Shown: positions 63,114-64,000 of the stretch, piece by piece
Numbering within the stretch: the stretch's first letter is position 1
How the letters are laid out: each line of letters starts with the position of its first letter
IMG/VR virus record: IMGVR_UViG_3300027754_000035
From: a virus
Lineage: Duplodnaviria; Caudoviricetes
DNA length: 64,000 nucleotides
Direction: 5' to 3' (one strand)
Program-made: the position numbers and the translations under genes
The notes under the pieces: generated by a model
What the model was told of the DNA's origin: nothing
Database searches by the model: none
What the model saw: the letters and a program-made list of their open reading frames with translations, nothing else

Positions 63114-64000
63114 GGCATCTCTCCGTCCTTATTAAGTTGGAAAAACTTGTCTTGCAACTCACGATTTCCACCAAACTTATCATTGAACATATCCACCAAT
63201 ACATGATGCAGAGGTTCAATGTTGTCCTTGGTCAATCCAGTTCCAATAGGCACCCATTTAACCTCAGCAACATCGTCAGATCCTTCTGGCTTGCCGTAGA
63301 TATACTTTGCCAAAAACAACGCAGTCTTGATTTTGTCCTGTTCTCCACGATAACGCCAGTCATCAATCAATGTTGAACCAAGATACGTGATGTCATCAAC
63401 TTCTACGCTTGCCTCCTCCGTCACTTCACGTTTGGCATCAGCCTCAAGACTAGTGCTACGAGGATCACTGAATCCACCGATGAATCGCCACTTCTTTTCT
63501 TCTGGCTTACGTGCCAACAGAATCTCACCCTTGTCATTTACAACAGCGATGTCAACTGTCTGAAATGCCGTAGGATAACGATATGCCGTTGCAGCAATCA
63601 TACCAGCACGATAGTCAGCAGTTGGAGGATAGTTGTTACACACACGACGGCGAACCTCAGTACCACTAATGAAGGTGGTAGCTTCAAGTTCACACACGTT
63701 GTACTTGCCACTGTATGCTTTGAGGAAACTGTCACGACTACCATACAAAGTAACCGATTGCATTGGTAGCAGTTGTTCACCGATTTGCTTGTCAAGACTT
63801 TTGCTCCAAGCAGCATCCGATGGATTGTCGTTGATGTAGTGAACCTCCACATTTGGAAACTTGTCGGCGATCATAGCACGACGTGCCCGATAGTCAAGAG
63901 GATTTGAAGTGGTGTTACGGATGATGCTGTTACCCAAGAAGAGAAGCACACGATCATGCTTTTGGATTACAGAGTTAATGAGGTCAATGTGTGCCTCATG
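63110..64000 (-). CDS. Bifunctional NMN adenylyltransferase / ADP-ribose Nudix hydrolase (NadM-Nudix, NatV-like), 5' truncated by the window edge
   Basis: Frame is open to 64000 with HEAH (HIGH-like), NPLDY..R, YGSRDSF, ISGT; Nudix GGF...LEADAKREVTEEA. Confidence 0.9.
   Translation of the reverse strand, partial: HEAHIDLINSVIQKHDRVLLFLGNSIIRNTTSNPLDYRARRAMIADKFPNVEVHYINDNPSDAAWSKSLDKQIGEQLLPMQSVTLYGSRDSFLKAYSGKYNVCELEATTFISGTEVRRRVCNNYPPTADYRAGMIAATAYRYPTAFQTVDIAVVNDKGEILLARKPEEKKWRFIGGFSDPRSTSLEADAKREVTEEASVEVDDITYLGSTLIDDWRYRGEQDKIKTALFLAKYIYGKPEGSDDVAEVKWVPIGTGLTKDNIEPLHHVLVDMFNDKFGGNRELQDKFFQLNKDGEMP

Noticed and set aside
1-64000. Stop-codon recoding (TAG/TGA readthrough), as in some jumbo phages
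   Set aside because: Known enzymes are full length in code 11; TAA, TGA and TAG all end genes; no suppressor tRNA seen
1-64000. Giant eukaryotic virus (NCLDV) origin suggested by the glycosylation genes
   Set aside because: Sigma70 promoters, Rho-independent terminators, coupled operons, GH24 lysozyme, tail collar, YopX and CCA-encoding tRNAs indicate a bacteriophage

Overview
This 64-kb window looks like part of a large, AT-rich tailed bacteriophage genome (jumbo/huge myovirus-like), read in the standard genetic code. Evidence: T4-type lysozyme, tail-collar domain, YopX and HNH/GIY-YIG genes, CCA-encoding tRNAs, sigma70-like promoters, dense small ORFs. A Verrucomicrobiota/PVC host is a weak inference. 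Main content: (1) A dispersed glycan-building kit: RmlA, RmlB, a plant/giant-virus-type bifunctional epimerase-reductase, Gmd, about six glycosyltransferase-like genes and about six O-methyltransferase-type domains. It sits beside three mucin-like Thr/Pro/Ser-repeat proteins, one carrying four mosaic lectin-like domains. (2) Nucleotide and NAD metabolism: ThyA, DHFR, dCMP deaminase, Prs, NAMPT, NMNAT-Nudix, PPase. (3) A tRNA cluster in which canonical tRNAs alternate with several non-canonical tRNA-like RNAs. (4) An early-gene region whose small ORFs are joined by a repeated 23-bp junction, plus a two-gene cassette inserted at the thyA start with a 28-bp duplication. The best candidates for undescribed biology are the virion glycocalyx (mucin plus O-methyl-rhamnose-type) system, the aberrant tRNA-like RNAs and the repeat-joined gene cassettes. 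All family calls come from motif recognition by eye; no database searches were run.
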